DNA from: Octopus vulgaris
Lineage: Eukaryota
Length of the DNA stretch: 64,000 nt
Reading direction: 5' to 3'
Assembly (NCBI GenBank): GCA_951406725.2
Contig: OX597817.1
Coordinates: 50,344,001 to 50,408,000, forward strand
Part shown: piece by piece, positions 63,826-64,000 of the stretch
Position numbering within the stretch: the stretch's first letter is position 1
How the letters are laid out: every line of letters starts with the position of its first letter
Position numbers and translations under genes: made by a program
The notes under the pieces: model-generated
Database searches by the model: none
Seen by the model: the letters and a program-made list of their open reading frames with translations, nothing else
Told to the model about the DNA's origin: nothing

Positions 63826-64000
63826 GAAGAAATGAAAATCGTCACCAGCTTTGCCGTGTTTCGTTTTTATTTTTTCAAGTTAGGTAAGACATCAAATACA
63901 TGATGGAATCGATACAATCGAATGTATTGTTCTTACAAGAACAAAACGGCATCCATTAAACAATCGTAACGTAGCAAGAAAACAGCACAAAACTGAAACC

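Overview
AT-rich, microsatellite-dense eukaryotic genomic DNA. The SINE families and repeat landscape suggest a coleoid cephalopod, probably Octopus (inference). Only one convincing host coding exon is present: 8535..8855 (+), a secreted prepropeptide with a signal peptide, a KR cleavage site and a 35-aa C-terminally amidated peptide resembling the ELH/CRH/DH44 family. The rest is mostly mobile DNA: three tRNA-derived SINE families, Tc1/mariner and hAT elements, non-autonomous Helitrons, fragments of CR1/L2, RTE, Tx1/L1 and RLE (HERO-like) LINEs, a degenerate Penelope-like ORF, and a 28S rRNA fragment ending at the R2 target site. The most striking hidden structure is a set of short non-coding elements, mostly sitting in or next to (TA)n runs. 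They carry minimal type I hammerhead ribozyme motifs (CUGANGA...GAAAC-palindrome-GUH), about 10 loci from several unrelated families. Several form near-perfect head-to-head palindromes with the ribozyme at the apex, and one is a tRNA-derived SINE with a hammerhead 3' module. Most ORFs in the supplied track are microsatellite artefacts.
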